Assembly: GCF_009914755.1 (NCBI RefSeq)
Contig: NC_060931.1
Length of the DNA stretch: 64,000 bases
Direction: 5' to 3' (one strand)
DNA from: the human T2T-CHM13v2.0 reference genome, Homo sapiens
Made by a program: the position numbers and the translations under genes. The stretch's first letter is position 1; each line of letters opens with the position of its first letter. Positions 14,301 to 32,154 of the stretch are shown here, in pieces. The notes below the pieces were generated by a model. The model had not been told where the DNA came from. It saw only the letters and a program-made list of their open reading frames with translations, and did no database searches.

Positions 14301-17300
14301 ACACTGGCAGATATAGAAACAGATAATGACAGCATTTTTGAATACAGGTTAAAATAATTTTCTGAAATCAACTCTAATAAAAAGGACAACCACTTATGAA
14401 ACATTTCCTGCCATATGGACCTATATAGGGAGAAGGTATTTTCCAGTAATGCCTTTATGATTATAATTAACATTTAAAGAAATGAAGAATGACAGCTTTT
14501 ATAAGCAGTAGCTGGAATTAGCTGTAGTGAGAAAAAGTGAAGTCCTCCATTTTTACACTTTCTAGTCTCAAGTGTCTTGTTTCCACAACTTCATCCCTCT
14601 CTTAGTATTTTAGTAAAATCCTTCCCTGTGTCACCCTCAACACCAAAAAATATATTAATTAAAAGCATTCTCATTAAAAATCTGTCGTGTCTTTTTATCT
14701 GCATGCATTTCTCGTTAAGCCCTGTACGGTCTTATCTATAACAATAAAATTTCATCATCACAGGATGGCTGTCTCTGGTATTAGTTCTGATGAACTGGTT
14801 TTAGAGTCTAAGTCTCAAGAGACTTTGTTCACAGAGCAGGTTTTGCTTATGTGGACTTAGGTGGACACCCATGGCCACCATAGTCACTTTTGCTGGCAAC
14901 GCCCAAGATAATAAAATCTTACTATTCTACTAAATCCCTCAGCTCATCTGTAACTCCACCCTGGCTGTTCCTTTACACTTGAGGGGCCTCAATTGGACTT
15001 CCAGGGTATCATGGATTTGGTCCACAGCTAAACATATATCCTCAACCACTTAGTCCTAAATTTTGTGGCAAAATATCTATGGTGATAAACAAACATTGGG
15101 AACTTAATATAGTCACAGAGAGTACATACTCTATTTTATGCAGACAACCATGGACATGTGCAATAAATGATGTTAGTTGTGTGTATGTGAACAGAGTTTA
15201 GTGTTATCAAAACTGCTGAAAAGCTAATTCGGCACCTTCAGCGACGTGTCTATTTAACATTCTGCTGCATAGTAATTATGCATAAATGGGAAGCAGTTTT
15301 CATAAGTTGTGGTGATTACTTTTACCATGCCAAGTTTTATAGTGTTTTTAGTGTGTGTGGCCGGGGGAGATTTAATAATGTCTGTAAATAATGTCGATGT
15401 CAACAGAGTCCCCTAACATCATATAAATCCAAACAAAGGCACCAGTCCAAAGACTGATCCACCAATTTCTGGGACCCCCTGGGCAGTAGTATTCACCTGC
15501 TGGCACTGGAATCAGATTGTGTGTTTTCTTCAGTGTGCCTCTATCTTCTGGGTTAATTATCCCCCATGCTACACATACCAATGCTTCCTCATCCTTATAT
15601 AAAAGAACATTGTACATCAATTAACTTTTTATTGTTCTCCTTTCAAAAAGCTGGGCCCCATGCTTTAAAGGCCCCTAATGTTACCAAAACTAGAAAAGAA
15701 ATGTATCAGAGAACACATGGTCACCTTTGTTCCTGGGAACCAGGTGTTCAGAACTGACACAATATCACAATATAACCCGTGATCCTAAACATCTGTTCTC
15801 ATGACTAACACCATTCAGGACCCAGCAAAACACTTCTTTGCATGTCTTGCACTATGTATGCCCTATGATCTCAAAATGAAAGTTGATTCCAGCTGAAGGA
15901 CTTGAAGGTTTCTGGGATGTATCTGCTGACTTCTGAGCTGTTGCTTTGAGACTGGGGAGATGTGACAGATGGAAACATCTAAGTAAAATACAAATGAATT
16001 AATTTTTCAAATCTTTCTTCTCAGCTTGAATGCACCCAGATTCTTACGCTAACTAAGTAGCATTTCCCAATAATGTCAAAGCTTCTCTTAGCACTCCAAT
16101 TCCAGAGGGATTAGTTTGGTTCTAGGGTACTCACAAATTAATATGATATTCACAATAGTTCCATATGACCCCTTAGGAATATATATTTAGCAATATTAAC
16201 CAATTCATATTACTACAAAATTATATATTTGTAGGTTTGGATATAACATTCATGAAACTGATACCAATTTTCACATTGCTACTTGATACTGGATATTGCT
16301 TTAAGAGATGGAAGAATCACAACATATGCAATAGTAGTTTGTATAATATTGGTATATAATAGTGTGTGGATTTTTGACCCTAAATCCAAAAATGTTTCAA
16401 AGGAGTCACTGACTGCAAAGAAATTTTAATAATATGTTAAATAATTTATTTCACTTTTGTTTTTATTCTACATGAGTAATAGAACAGCAGCTCTCAACGT
16501 GTGGTCTAAAAGTTCCTGGGAGTGCCAAAACCCTTTCAGGGGGCCCACAACAACAAATTCTGTTTTCATAATAATACCAAGGTATTATTTGTATTTTTCA
16601 CTGTGTTAACATTTGTATAGATGGTAAAAAGTACTGATGGATATAATTGATGGTGCCTTAGCACACATCAAGCCAGTGGCACCAAATTTACTAGTAATCA
16701 CTGTATTCTTACTACTGCATACCACAATTTTTTAAAAGCTGAATTCTCATAAGAATATTCTTAATGAAGCAAAAAGTACTTCTGCTGCATAACAAAGTAT
16801 TATCGTTATCTTGAAAAGAAGCATTTTTGTAATTAATATTATACTTCCAAGCAAAAATCGAATCTTAAAAAACCTTGTGTCACTGTGAACTTGATACCTT
16901 CCCAATACTTCAAGATTCTTCTGATGAGATCGATGGTGATAGTAAGAAATGTGATTTTTTTGGGATATTGTATAATAAAATGTGTCAACATTTGGAAAAT
17001 TGGCATAACTCAGTGGACCCATATTTTCTAAATGACCATTGCATGATGTTACAAAATCATGCATGAATAAAAAAATCCATTCAAAGTGCAAGACAGACCA
17101 ATCAATTTTAATATAACAGATTATGAAAGTTCATTGATGTAGTTTCAGATTTGATATTGTTACAGTAGGTAGTCAGACATAAGCAGCACCAAGGAAAGAT
17201 AATCCCCCAATAGATAAAAACACCTGAAACTGGTGATCCGCAGCTTCCCAATAAGATCTCAGGAGTCGGGTATATGGGCTCAAGCATGCACATTAATGGG

Positions 17301-17661
17301 CAAAAGGACAGAGTTCAACTGGTATATAACCTCCCTCTAAAAGCATTTGAATGGTAAGGGAAAAACGCCACAAGTGAGCATGTGCACAATTTCAGTAAAC
17401 ACACTGGGCCTGCAGCCCCTCCCAAGTGCTAGCAGAACACTGCACATGCGGACAGCCCACCCCAAGGGAAGAATCAGGGAAAGAAGGGATGCAACACCCA
17501 CTCACCCCCAACCAAAGCATGCCAAGGTATAAAACCCCAAGTCAAAGGTCAAACTGCGCACTTGAATCTCTCAAGTCGCCCGCATGGCCCTCTTCCAATT
17601 GTACTTTACTTTCGTTCCTGCTCTAAAACTTTTTACTAAACTTTTTCTCCTGCTCTAAAAC

Positions 17662-18100
17662 TGTCAGGCCTCTGAGCCCAAGCTAAGCCATCACAACCCC
17701 TGTGACTTGCATGTATACATCCAGATGGTCTGGAGCAACTGGAGAACCACAAAAGAAGTGAAACAGTCAGTTCCTGCCTTAACTGATGACATTCCACCAT
17801 TGTGATTTGTTCCTGCCCCACCCTAACTAATCAATCGACCTCGTGACATTCCTCCCCTGGACAATGTGTCTCATGATCTCCCCACCCTGCCCCTTGAGAC
17901 CCCCGCCCCTGCCCATAAGAGATAACCACCTTTAACTGTAATTTTCCACTACCTACCCAAATCCTATAGAACTGCCCCACCCCTATCTCCCTTTGCTGAC
18001 TCCTTTTTCGGACTCAGCCCACCTGCACCCAAGTGAATAAAGAGCCTCGTTGCTCACACAAAGCCTGTTTGGTGGTCTCCTCACACAGACGCATGTAACA
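17662..18100 (+). mobile_element. HERV-H 5' LTR (LTR7 family)
   Basis: tgtcaggcctctgagcccaagctaagcc...gcatgtaaca, 439 bp; TSD aaaac at 17657-17661; AATAAA at 18036. Confidence 0.95.
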
Positions 18101-18102
18101 TT

Positions 18103-18120
18103 TGGTGCTGAAACCCAAGA
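18103..18120 (+). other. Primer-binding site, tRNA-Phe-like
   Basis: tggtgctgaaacccaaga matches the Phe PBS TGGTGCCGAAACCCGGGA at 15/18 and the His PBS TGGTGCCGTGACTCGGAT poorly. Confidence 0.8.
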
Positions 18121-18611
18121 CAGGGGACTCCTTCAGAAGACCAGCCCCCTGTCCTCACCCTCAGTCCGGGAGGAGATCCACCTACGACCTCGGGTCCTCA
18201 GACCAGCCCAAGGAACATCTCACCAATTTCAAATTGGGTAAGTGACCTCTTCACTCTCTTCTCCAGCCTCTCTTGCTACCCTTCAATCTCCCTATCCTTC
18301 CAACTCCAGTTCTCTTTCCTCTCTAGTAGAGGCAAAGGAGACACATTTTATCCACGAACTCAAAAATTCCGATGTCGGTCATGGATTTGGGAAGACAGTC
18401 TTCCCTTGGTGTCTGATCATAGCGGGGACGCCTGCCTTGATCATTCACCCACACTCCATTGGTGGCAGGTCAATTGCAGGGACACCTGCTTTGGCTGCTC
18501 ACCCACATTACAGCCGAGGACTCAGTCAGGGATGCCTACTAGAAGCCTGGCAGCTGCCTACCTCCATTTCTCCGTGTCTCTACCTTCCTCTTTAAACTTA
18601 CCTTCCCCACT

Positions 18612-20143
18612 ATGGGCAAGCTTCTGCCATCCATTCCTCCCTCTTCCCCCTTAGCCTGTGTTCTTAAAAACCTAAAACCCCTTCAACTAACACCTGACCT
18701 AAAACCTAAACATCTTATATTCTTCTGTAATACCGCTGGGCCCCAATACAAACTTGACAATAGTTCCAAGTGGTCAGAGGATGGTAATTTTTATTTGTCT
18801 ATCCTACAAGACCTAGATAATTTTTGTCAAAAATTAGGCAAATGGTCTGAGGTGCCTTACGTCCAGGCCTTTTTTACACTTTGCTCTCTCCCTAGTCTCT
18901 GCTCCCAATGTGACTTATCCCAGATTTTCCTTCTTTCTCTCCCGTCCACTCCTTCGGTCTCCACCCCAAGCTCAGAGTCCTCTGAATCCTCCTTTTCCAC
19001 TGACCCCTCTGACCTCTCTCCTCCTCCCCCGGCCGCTCCTCGCCGGGCTGAATCATGTCCCAATTCTTCCACAGCCTCCACTCCCCCACACTATAACCCT
19101 TCTATTACCTCCTCTCCTCACACCTGGTCTGGCTTACAGTTTCGTTCCGTGACTAGCTCTCTTCCACCTGACCAACAATTTCCTCTTAGAGAGGTGGCTG
19201 GAGCTGAAGGCATAGTCAGGGTACATGTGCCTTTTTCGGACCTCTTCCAGATCAGTCAGCATTTAGGCTCTTTCTCATCAGACCCCACTAAATATATACA
19301 GGAATTCCAATATTTAACTCAGTCCTACAATTTAATCTAGAGTGACTTAAATGTCATCCTGACTTCTACCCTCTCCCCAGATGAGTGAGAGAGAGTTTAT
19401 AACCTAGGCCAATCTCACGCTGACGACTGCCGGCATCATGAGCCAGGCCTCCAAGAAGGCACCAGGGCAGTTCCCCAGGAGGGTCCCCAGTGGGGATACC
19501 AAACAGGCTCCCAAGATATAGCTAGGCGAGATTACATGGTCTCTTGCCTAGTTGAGGGGCTCAAAAAGGCAGCATACAAAGCTGTTAATTATGAAAAACT
19601 TAAAGAAACCACCCAAGGTAAGGACAAGAACCCAGCTCAGTTCATGGCCCGCTTGGGGGCTACCCTTAGACACTTTACAGTCCTGGACCCAGACATTAGG
19701 AAAAAACTCCAAAAACTAGATTCCGGCCCTCAAACCCCAGAACAACATTTAATTAACCTCACCTTCAAGGTGATTAACAACAGAGAAGAGGCAGCCAAGC
19801 GACAACATATTTCAAAGCTGCAACTGCTTGCCTCCACCATAAGAAAAATCCCAGCCACACCCATGGTACACAAAAACCTCAGAACAACAAAACCGCAACC
19901 TCCAGGCACTCCTTCAAAACCTCCTTGTGGACCTTGCTTCAAATGCCAGAAGCCTGGCCACTGGGCCTCGGAATGCCCACAGCCCGGGATTCCTCCTAAG
20001 CCTTGTCCTGTCTGTGCAGGACCCCACTGGAAGTCGGACCATCCAACTTGGATTACAGCTGCTCCTAGACCTACTGGAGCAAAAAGCTAAGGCTCCTGGC
20101 TGATTCCTTCCCAGATCTCCTCGGCTTAGTGGCTAAAGACTGA
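18612..20143 (+). pseudogene. gag: HERV-H gag, disrupted
   Basis: ORF 18612-19340 (MGKLLPSIPPSSPLACVLKNLKPLQL, matrix) and ORF 19536-20090 (YEKLKETTQGKDKNPAQFMARL major homology region; zinc knuckle CFKCQKPGHWASEC); stops between them. Confidence 0.92.
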
Positions 20144-23910
<3,767 letters not shown>

Positions 23911-24204
23911 TAACCCTTATGACCCTAATACATCCCTTCATTCTATTAGGTCTATTCGTCCTTACCCTACTTTTTGCAACAGGGCTTTACGCAGTCACCC
24001 CCACTACTTGGACTGTGCCCCAAAAACTTGGCATCCCTGCTATCTTCTGTCTAGTCATACTCCTATTCACCATTCTCAACTACTCATAAATGCCCTGACC
24101 CTGTTTACACTGCTGGTTTACACTTTTTCTCCAAACTATCATAGCAGATATCTCCTGGTACTATCCCCAAAATGCCACCCTTAACTCCCTCTTGGAGTGG
24201 GTAG

Positions 24205-25952
24205 ATGATCTTTGCTTGCAGGGCACCCTCCAAAACTTCCACCCTGATGAAGTCCTAGTCTTTACTTTTATACTCACTCTTATTCTCGTTCTCATTCTTA
24301 TGTCTCTCTCTACCTCTCCCCAGCTATCTCCACGACACTATCAATCTCACTCACTCTCTCCTAGCTGTTTCTAATCCCTCATTAGTGAACAATTGCTGGC
24401 TTTGCATTTCCCTTTCTTCCTGCACTTACATGGCTCTCCCCACCTTACATACCAACTAGGCAATATCTCCTGTCTCCCTACATCTCCGAACCTCCTTTAA
24501 CAGCCCTCATCTTTACTCTTCTGAAGAACTTCTTTACTTTCTAGACAGGTCTAGAAAAACCTCCTCAGACATTTCATATTAGCAAGCTGATGCTCTTCTC
24601 TGCATCTACTTAAAAACCTTTCTCCTTATGTCATTTCTACTCCTCCCATATTTGGACCCCTCACAACACAAACTGCTATCCCTGTTGCCGCTCCTTTGTG
24701 CATCTCCCAGCGAAGACCCACCAGAATTCCCTTAGGTAACCTTTCACCTTCTCTATGCTCCTTCACTCTTCATCTCCAAAGCCCAGCTACACACATTACC
24801 AAAACCATTGGGGCTTTTCAGCTCCGCATTACAGATAAGCCCTCTATCAATACTGACAAACTTAAAAACATTAGCAGTTACCATTGCTTAGGAAGACATT
24901 TGCCCTGCATTTCATTCCATCCTTGGCTACCTTCCCCTTATTCTTCAGATTCTCCTCCCAGCCCTTCTTGTTTGCTCATACCCAGCCCCACAAATACCAG
25001 TGAGAGATTGCTCATAGACACTCAACGCTTCCTCATACACCATGAAAATCAAACCTCCCCCTCTATGCAGTTACCCCATCAGTCCCCATTACAACTTCTG
25101 ACAGCTGCTGCCTTAGCTGGATCCCTAGGAGTCTGGGTGCAAGACACTTCTTTTAGTACACCCTCTCACCTTTTCACTTTGCACTTCCAGTTTTGCCTTA
25201 CACAACGTCTCTTTTTCCTCTGTGGCTCATCCACTAACATGTGCCTCCTGCTAATTGGACAGGCACATGCACACTAGTTTTCCTTTCCCCCAAAATTCAA
25301 TTTGCAAATGGGACTGAATAGCTTCCTGTTCCCCTCATGACACCGACACAACAAAAAAGGATTATTCCACTAATTCCCTTGCTTGTTGGTTCAGGACTTT
25401 CTGCCTCCACTATTGCTCTCCCAACTGGAATAGCAGGCATTTCAACCTCTGTCACGACCTTCCGTAGCCTCTCTAATGACTTCTCTGCTAGCACTGCAGA
25501 CATATCACAAACTCTATCAGTCCTTCAGGCCCAGGTTGACTCTTTAGCTGCAGTTGTCCCCCAAAACCACCGAGGCCTCGACTTACTCACTGCTGAAAGA
25601 GGACTCTGTATATTTTTAAATGAAGAGTGTTGTTTTTAACCTACATCAATCTGGCCTGGTATATGACAACATAAAAAAACTCAAGGATAGAGCCCAAAAA
25701 CTCACCAACCAAGCAAATAATTACATTGAACCCCCTTGGACACTCTCTAATTGAATGTCCTGGGTCCTCCCAATTCTTAGTCGTTTGATAATTGTTTTTC
25801 TCCTTCTCTTATTCGGACCTTGTGTCTTCCCTCTAGTTTCTCAATTCATACAAAACCACATCCAAGCCATCACCAATCATTCTATACAACAAATGCTCCT
25901 TCTAACAATCCCACAATATCACCCCTTACCCCAAAATCTCTTTTTAGTTTAA
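24205..25952 (+). pseudogene. env: HERV-H env, full span but disrupted
   Basis: Start MIFACRAPSKTSTLMKS* at 24205; SU CWLC motif at 24394; cleavage/fusion region QKRIIPLIPLLVG; immunosuppressive-domain-like PQNHRGLDLLTAER; CIFLNEECC; TM anchor in ORF 25755-25952. Confidence 0.92.
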
Positions 25953-26108
25953 TCTCTCCCACTCTAGGTTCCCATGCCACCCCTAATCCCACTTGAAGCA
26001 GCCCTGAGAAACATTGCCTATTATCTCTCCATACCACCCCAAAAATTTTTGCCACCCCAACACTTCACCACTATTTTGTTTTATCTTATTAATATAAGAA
26101 GACAGGAA

Positions 26109-26547
26109 TGTCAGGCCTGTGAGCCCAAAGTAAGCCATCATAACCCCTGTGACCTGCATGTATACGTCCAGATGGCCTGGAGCAACTGAAGAACCACAAA
26201 AGAAGTGAAACAGCCAGTTCCTGCCTTAACTGATGACATTCCACCATTGTGATTTGTTCCTGCCCCACCCTAACTAATCAATCGACCTTGTGACATTCCT
26301 CCCCTGGACAATGAGTCTCATGATCTCCCCACCCTGCACCTTGTGTCCCCCATCCCTGCCTGTAAGAGATAACCACCTTTAACTGTAATTTTCCACTACC
26401 TACCCAAATCCTATAAAACTGCCCCACCCCTATTTCCCTTTGCTGACTCCTTTTTCGGACTCAGCCCACCTGCACCCAAGTGAATAAACAGCCTCATTGC
26501 TCACACAGAGCCTGTTTGGTGGTCTCTTCACACAGACGTGTGTAACT
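26109..26547 (+). mobile_element. HERV-H 3' LTR (LTR7 family)
   Basis: 439 bp copy of 17662-18100; preceded by polypurine tract aagaagacaggaa; followed by TSD aaaac; TATAAA at 26412, AATAAA at 26483. Confidence 0.95.
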
Positions 26548-29500
26548 AAAACTTGCCTAGGTCTTTCACTCTGCCTTATGACCCTTGGTCAAATTCTTTC
26601 TTCTGAAGAGGCAAGAATTGAGGTTGCTGCCGAACCATATGGATTTGCCACTGCTAACAATATTGCAACTAATGTTTAAGGAACTACCATTTGTCAAGTT
26701 TTGAATATTCACAATTCTTGAAAAGGCTATTATTGAATTATTGAATGCAGAAATATATATGAAAATCCAGCTAAATTTTATTCAGCCAAACATTAAAGGA
26801 ATATGAAAAAATGTAAAGCAACCCTACTCTTCACATTCATATTTTAACAACATATTTGTACAAAATATTTTAATGTATAATGAATTTATTATTTTAAAAG
26901 CAATTCATAAAAGTTTTGAAAATTTCTCAATTTTAATTTCCAATACTGCAAAGATCAATGGATAAAATCCACATAAACCAAAGCTTTTGGGGCTCCTAAA
27001 CAATATCTCAGAATCCTTTTAAGAGTATAAAGTGATTCTGAGAGTTTTTTTAATGAGAACTGCTGCATTAGATTGATATAAAGTAAAAATCTATGTCCAA
27101 ATTTGTCTAGGAGGTCTTTCAACACATATAAAAATAAGCAACAAAGCATTATATCAGAGTTCATTTGTCACAGTATTTTATTTCTTGGTGGAACATAAAC
27201 TAATGGTGCATCTTACAATCTATAGATTCTTAGATTCATTCAAAAATGAAACCTATGTCAAGAAAACCTGCGAATAATTGCACCAAAGATGACACATAAT
27301 CCTGCATGTGCAATTAAGTATTCAATTTAGAAAAGGCTACACTTCATGATTCTTTGTATCATTAGCTTTTCCCACACATTTAAAGTGTGATCTACATTAT
27401 GAAAATTCTGTTCACCCTCACTTTGGCAAGAAAGCACATTTGAGGAGCAATTATATTTGTAATGTTAGAGGTAGAATGCTGGCTTTCATTTTGGTCATGA
27501 TTTTTCCCAGTGATGCATGGCTTCACACTTCCATATCTAATTCAAATTGTTTAGTTCAAAATTATCTGAAGATCTTTACTTGGCTGCTTTTTTTTTGATG
27601 GCTTCTTTTTTCCATCTTAGTGAGACCACACTTCTGGAAAGAACTACACTCTATTTGATGTTCCACCAAGACATTTAACCAGCGACGTGTTGCACAGTTG
27701 ACTTCACTGAGGCTCTGAGCCTTTCTTGTCATTAGGACAACCCTGAGGGGACACCCTGCTACTTACTTGTGATGCAGTCACAGGAAATTATTCAAATGAG
27801 AATTTAAATAAGATGGATTTGCAGCTTCATAGTGATTTGTGTCAACTAAAAAAAGGAAGTAGTTTTATAATGAAATGTTTACAATAACACACATGAAGTT
27901 TACAGTTTTATGTACATACTTAGTTTTACCATTAATGCAGAAGTTAAATATATCTAGAAATAATTGCTGAATATTACATATGTACACACACACATATATT
28001 TTGTATGCGTGTGTATCTATCTATCTAAATGATTGGTAGGCAAGAAGCAGTTAGTAATTAATTTTTTCACACCTGTGGGCAATCTTACCTACTAAGTTAC
28101 CCTTAATATTTTCACAATTTAGTAGTATATAAACAAGATGCATATATTTAAGAGTTGTCAGGCGTATGGTCAGAAAATTAGCTACTCAGGTCACAAATCA
28201 CTCAGAATGACTCTGAGATTTCTTGTTATTCGTGATTCCCATGATTTGACATATACTAACTGAAAATACTCAGTTCATCTCACAGCCAGATATACCTCAG
28301 TTGTATTAAAGAATGTAAAGAACTATGTTGATTCTGAAACAGTAGTGAAAACTTTCAGCCCTGGTGCCATTGAAAAAAATGTTTTACTCAGATTATTCTC
28401 AGTTCTTTACAAACATAATAGTTACAGTTGCTAACTTTTTTTCTGACACACAAGAGAAATATACTCCATCCCATCAGCAATAGTGACTCATTTTTCAGTA
28501 ATTTTTAATTGAGTCTCTACCTCCCTAGGGAATGCAAATCAGAAGGAAAGGCCCCACGCTGTGCATTTAACCCAAACCTCCCCTGCCTGTGCTGACAGCA
28601 TAGAAGGCTGATCTTAGGGACTGGAAGAGCCAGGAAAGCCCTTTTAGCCACCTTTTCTCTCCCACCTCATCTCCAGGCCTACAGCTACAAGACAACAGAC
28701 TGATTTGCTTCACATTAAAATAAAGATCTCTAATGGGTTCAGTGTATGTTATTCAAGTGATAGATATCCTAAAAGGCTTGACTTGACTGCTACTCAATCT
28801 ATGCATGTGACAAAGTTGCACCATAATTTTATACAAATTTAATAAAACAAAATAAAGATTTCTCTGAGAAAGGTAAAACATTTGAGGTTTTCTATTATTT
28901 ATAACCAGTGGAATTGCATTTATCAGCTTCTTTTCCAAGATCGCATGGGGCCTAGGTGTGTATAAGTGGGTACTCCTGCCCCCTCCGCCTGGATGTATGT
29001 GCAGCATTTCATTCTGGGGTCCTGTTGCCTCCCTGGGTACTTCCAGAAGCCCGAACCTAAGCCTTTCGACTTTATTCGCATACCTCCCTCACATTTCTCT
29101 CTTTCCACCAGGAGTTGGAATTAGGGAGGGGCAGGAGATTGTATTTTTATCTGGGGTAAAGTCTTTTCTCCCATTACCTTGACCTAGACAGGTTGTTTTT
29201 TCCATAGTCAACATCACAATCTATTGATAAAGTTTTGGGAACAAAATCAAGAATTTCTTACCTTCTATATACCTACCCTAAAGCAGTGAGCACAAAACAA
29301 AAATTCATGAAAACGTACCTGTGATATCAAAATTTTGTTATAGCATGACTACCATGAACTCTAGGTCTCCAACTAGCCCCATTCTCTAGCAGAGACAGGA
29401 TAATTTTGACACATTCTGGGAGGAATTGGTGAATGACATGGAAGGAAGAGCAGATGAATGGATAGATGGCAGGCAACCCCAGATCAGAGAGCAGGGAGGC

Positions 29501-29939
29501 AGAGGGGAGAGTTCTACCAACAAACCTGGAAAATGTCTGCCATCACCATTATAGTCCTGGAAGTCCCAGTCAGACACAGAGCTCAGAATGGGCCCTTTTG
29601 ACATTTGAGCTGTTGTGAACCACTACCACCAGGATAGTCAGACCCATGGAACAGCTGGCCAGCTACTATACAGACTCACCCCACACATTTCATGAACCAT
29701 GAAATAACCCACCCCACAGTTAAAGTATTAGATTTTTCTAAACTTACTTCTCCCATTTTTTATGGTAGATAATTACTGTAGATATTACTGTGCATGGTTG
29801 AATGGAGGGGATGTAAAAAGGAAAATACAGAAATAAAATAAATATGTGTTTTTATCTCAAATGATATCCTACTGGAAGGAAAAGAAAGGAAGGAAATCGG
29901 GTACTACTGGGTCATCTAAGTATGATAGTGACAACCTGG

Positions 29940-30200
29940 ACTGGGGCTTTGGCTATGGGGCACAGTGAAGTGGATCTATTCCAAGAGTTATTTTGGAGTT
30001 GGCATCAACAGAACCTGAGGCTGGTTAGATGCAGTGTGTGAGAGGAAGGATGGGCCAAAGGGAATCCCCAGGTTTCTGGCATGGGCATCTGGGCAGATGG
30101 TGATGTCATTGACTGAAACAGGACATGCATGAAGAAGAGAGGGTTTGAATGAGAAGAATGCTGCATTCAGCTTTGGACCATTGGTTTGAGATGCCTGGGG
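29940..30200 (-). mobile_element. L2 fragment
   Basis: ccccaggtttctggcatgggcatctgggcagatggtgatgtcattgactga...tttgagatgcctg resembles antisense L2. Confidence 0.6.
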
Positions 30201-31034
30201 GGCCTCTCAGCAGACTGCAGGACACTGCTGCAAACCAGAAGAGGAAGCAGCCAGCTATGAGAAGAGTGACAAGCTGTGCAGCCCTTTGTTCTCAGCAGCC
30301 AGGGAGGTCTCCTAAAGATGGGCTGAGTGATTGGTGATTAAGTCCATTAGAGGGAAGGCAAACATCTCCTGTAGAGTAGCTGTAGGCCATTAACACACTC
30401 TGCTTCACTTTTCACTTGCATTGTCCTCAGACAAATAGCACATCTGGAAAGTGAAATGCCAATTCCACATCCATTATAGTCTGAAAATCAAAATTAGTCT
30501 TTTAATAACATGGAGAGCAAAACAAAATGGCATTCAAGGGTATATAAATGATTATTCCACACTAAGTGAAGCCAGAAGTCATGGATTTAGTTTTATATTC
30601 ACAAATCTCACAAGGTGTCTCTTTGTCATTGTTCATTAACCAACTTGGCTCACTCAGTCTGTAATTCTAAACCCCAGGCTAAGTTATGCTTGCATTATCT
30701 TATAGGGGAAATCAGAGAAGCGATGCAGATTATTGCTGATTAATAAACTCTTTGGGATATATTTTCTGTCACATCATCAACAGCAACTACCCCTGTGTAG
30801 ACACATTGTCTGAGAAAAATAATCCCCTTTTTCCTGAAATTGAAACCCAAAGTAACCTGAACAATATTTGATTATGCTTTTATAGGACAGGGGTATCAAT
30901 ATTTCAGTGTTGCATACCAACCTAAGCTAATTTGGTCAATCAACAACTGTCAAATTAGAAGAAAGGTGGTCACCTCTACAAACTTACTACCAGGTGGATG
31001 TTACAATAGAAGTTTCAGATCAAATTCTTGCCAT

Positions 31035-31383
<349 letters not shown>

Positions 31384-31707
31384 CTAGGAGAAGTGTCTAC
31401 TCTCTGTCCTTAGATTTGAAGAAAAAAATGTAAGGCAGTTTACAAGAATATGGAAAGGCCAAGGGTTCTTCCAGCACAGGTGTTAACGAAGGGGCATTCC
31501 AGGCAAAAGGTACAACACTCACACACACACACACACACACAAAAGTCTAAGGAAATAAACAATGGTAGGATGTTCAGAGAACTGTTAATGAATTCAGTGT
31601 ACTGGACCACACAGTGGATGTTCCAGAGCAGGAAAGAGAGGTCATATGCGACCAAGAAATATGAAGTTTGAAGCATGGAGCCTGAAAGCCAGTTAGGGAA
31701 CTCAGGA

Positions 31708-32064
<357 letters not shown>

Positions 32065-32154
32065 TTATGTCTAGAAAGTCACAGCATCATTCCCTGCTCG
32101 CTTCAGATGTGTTTTCATTTGTTACCTCATCAGAGAGGTCTTCTTAAATCAATT

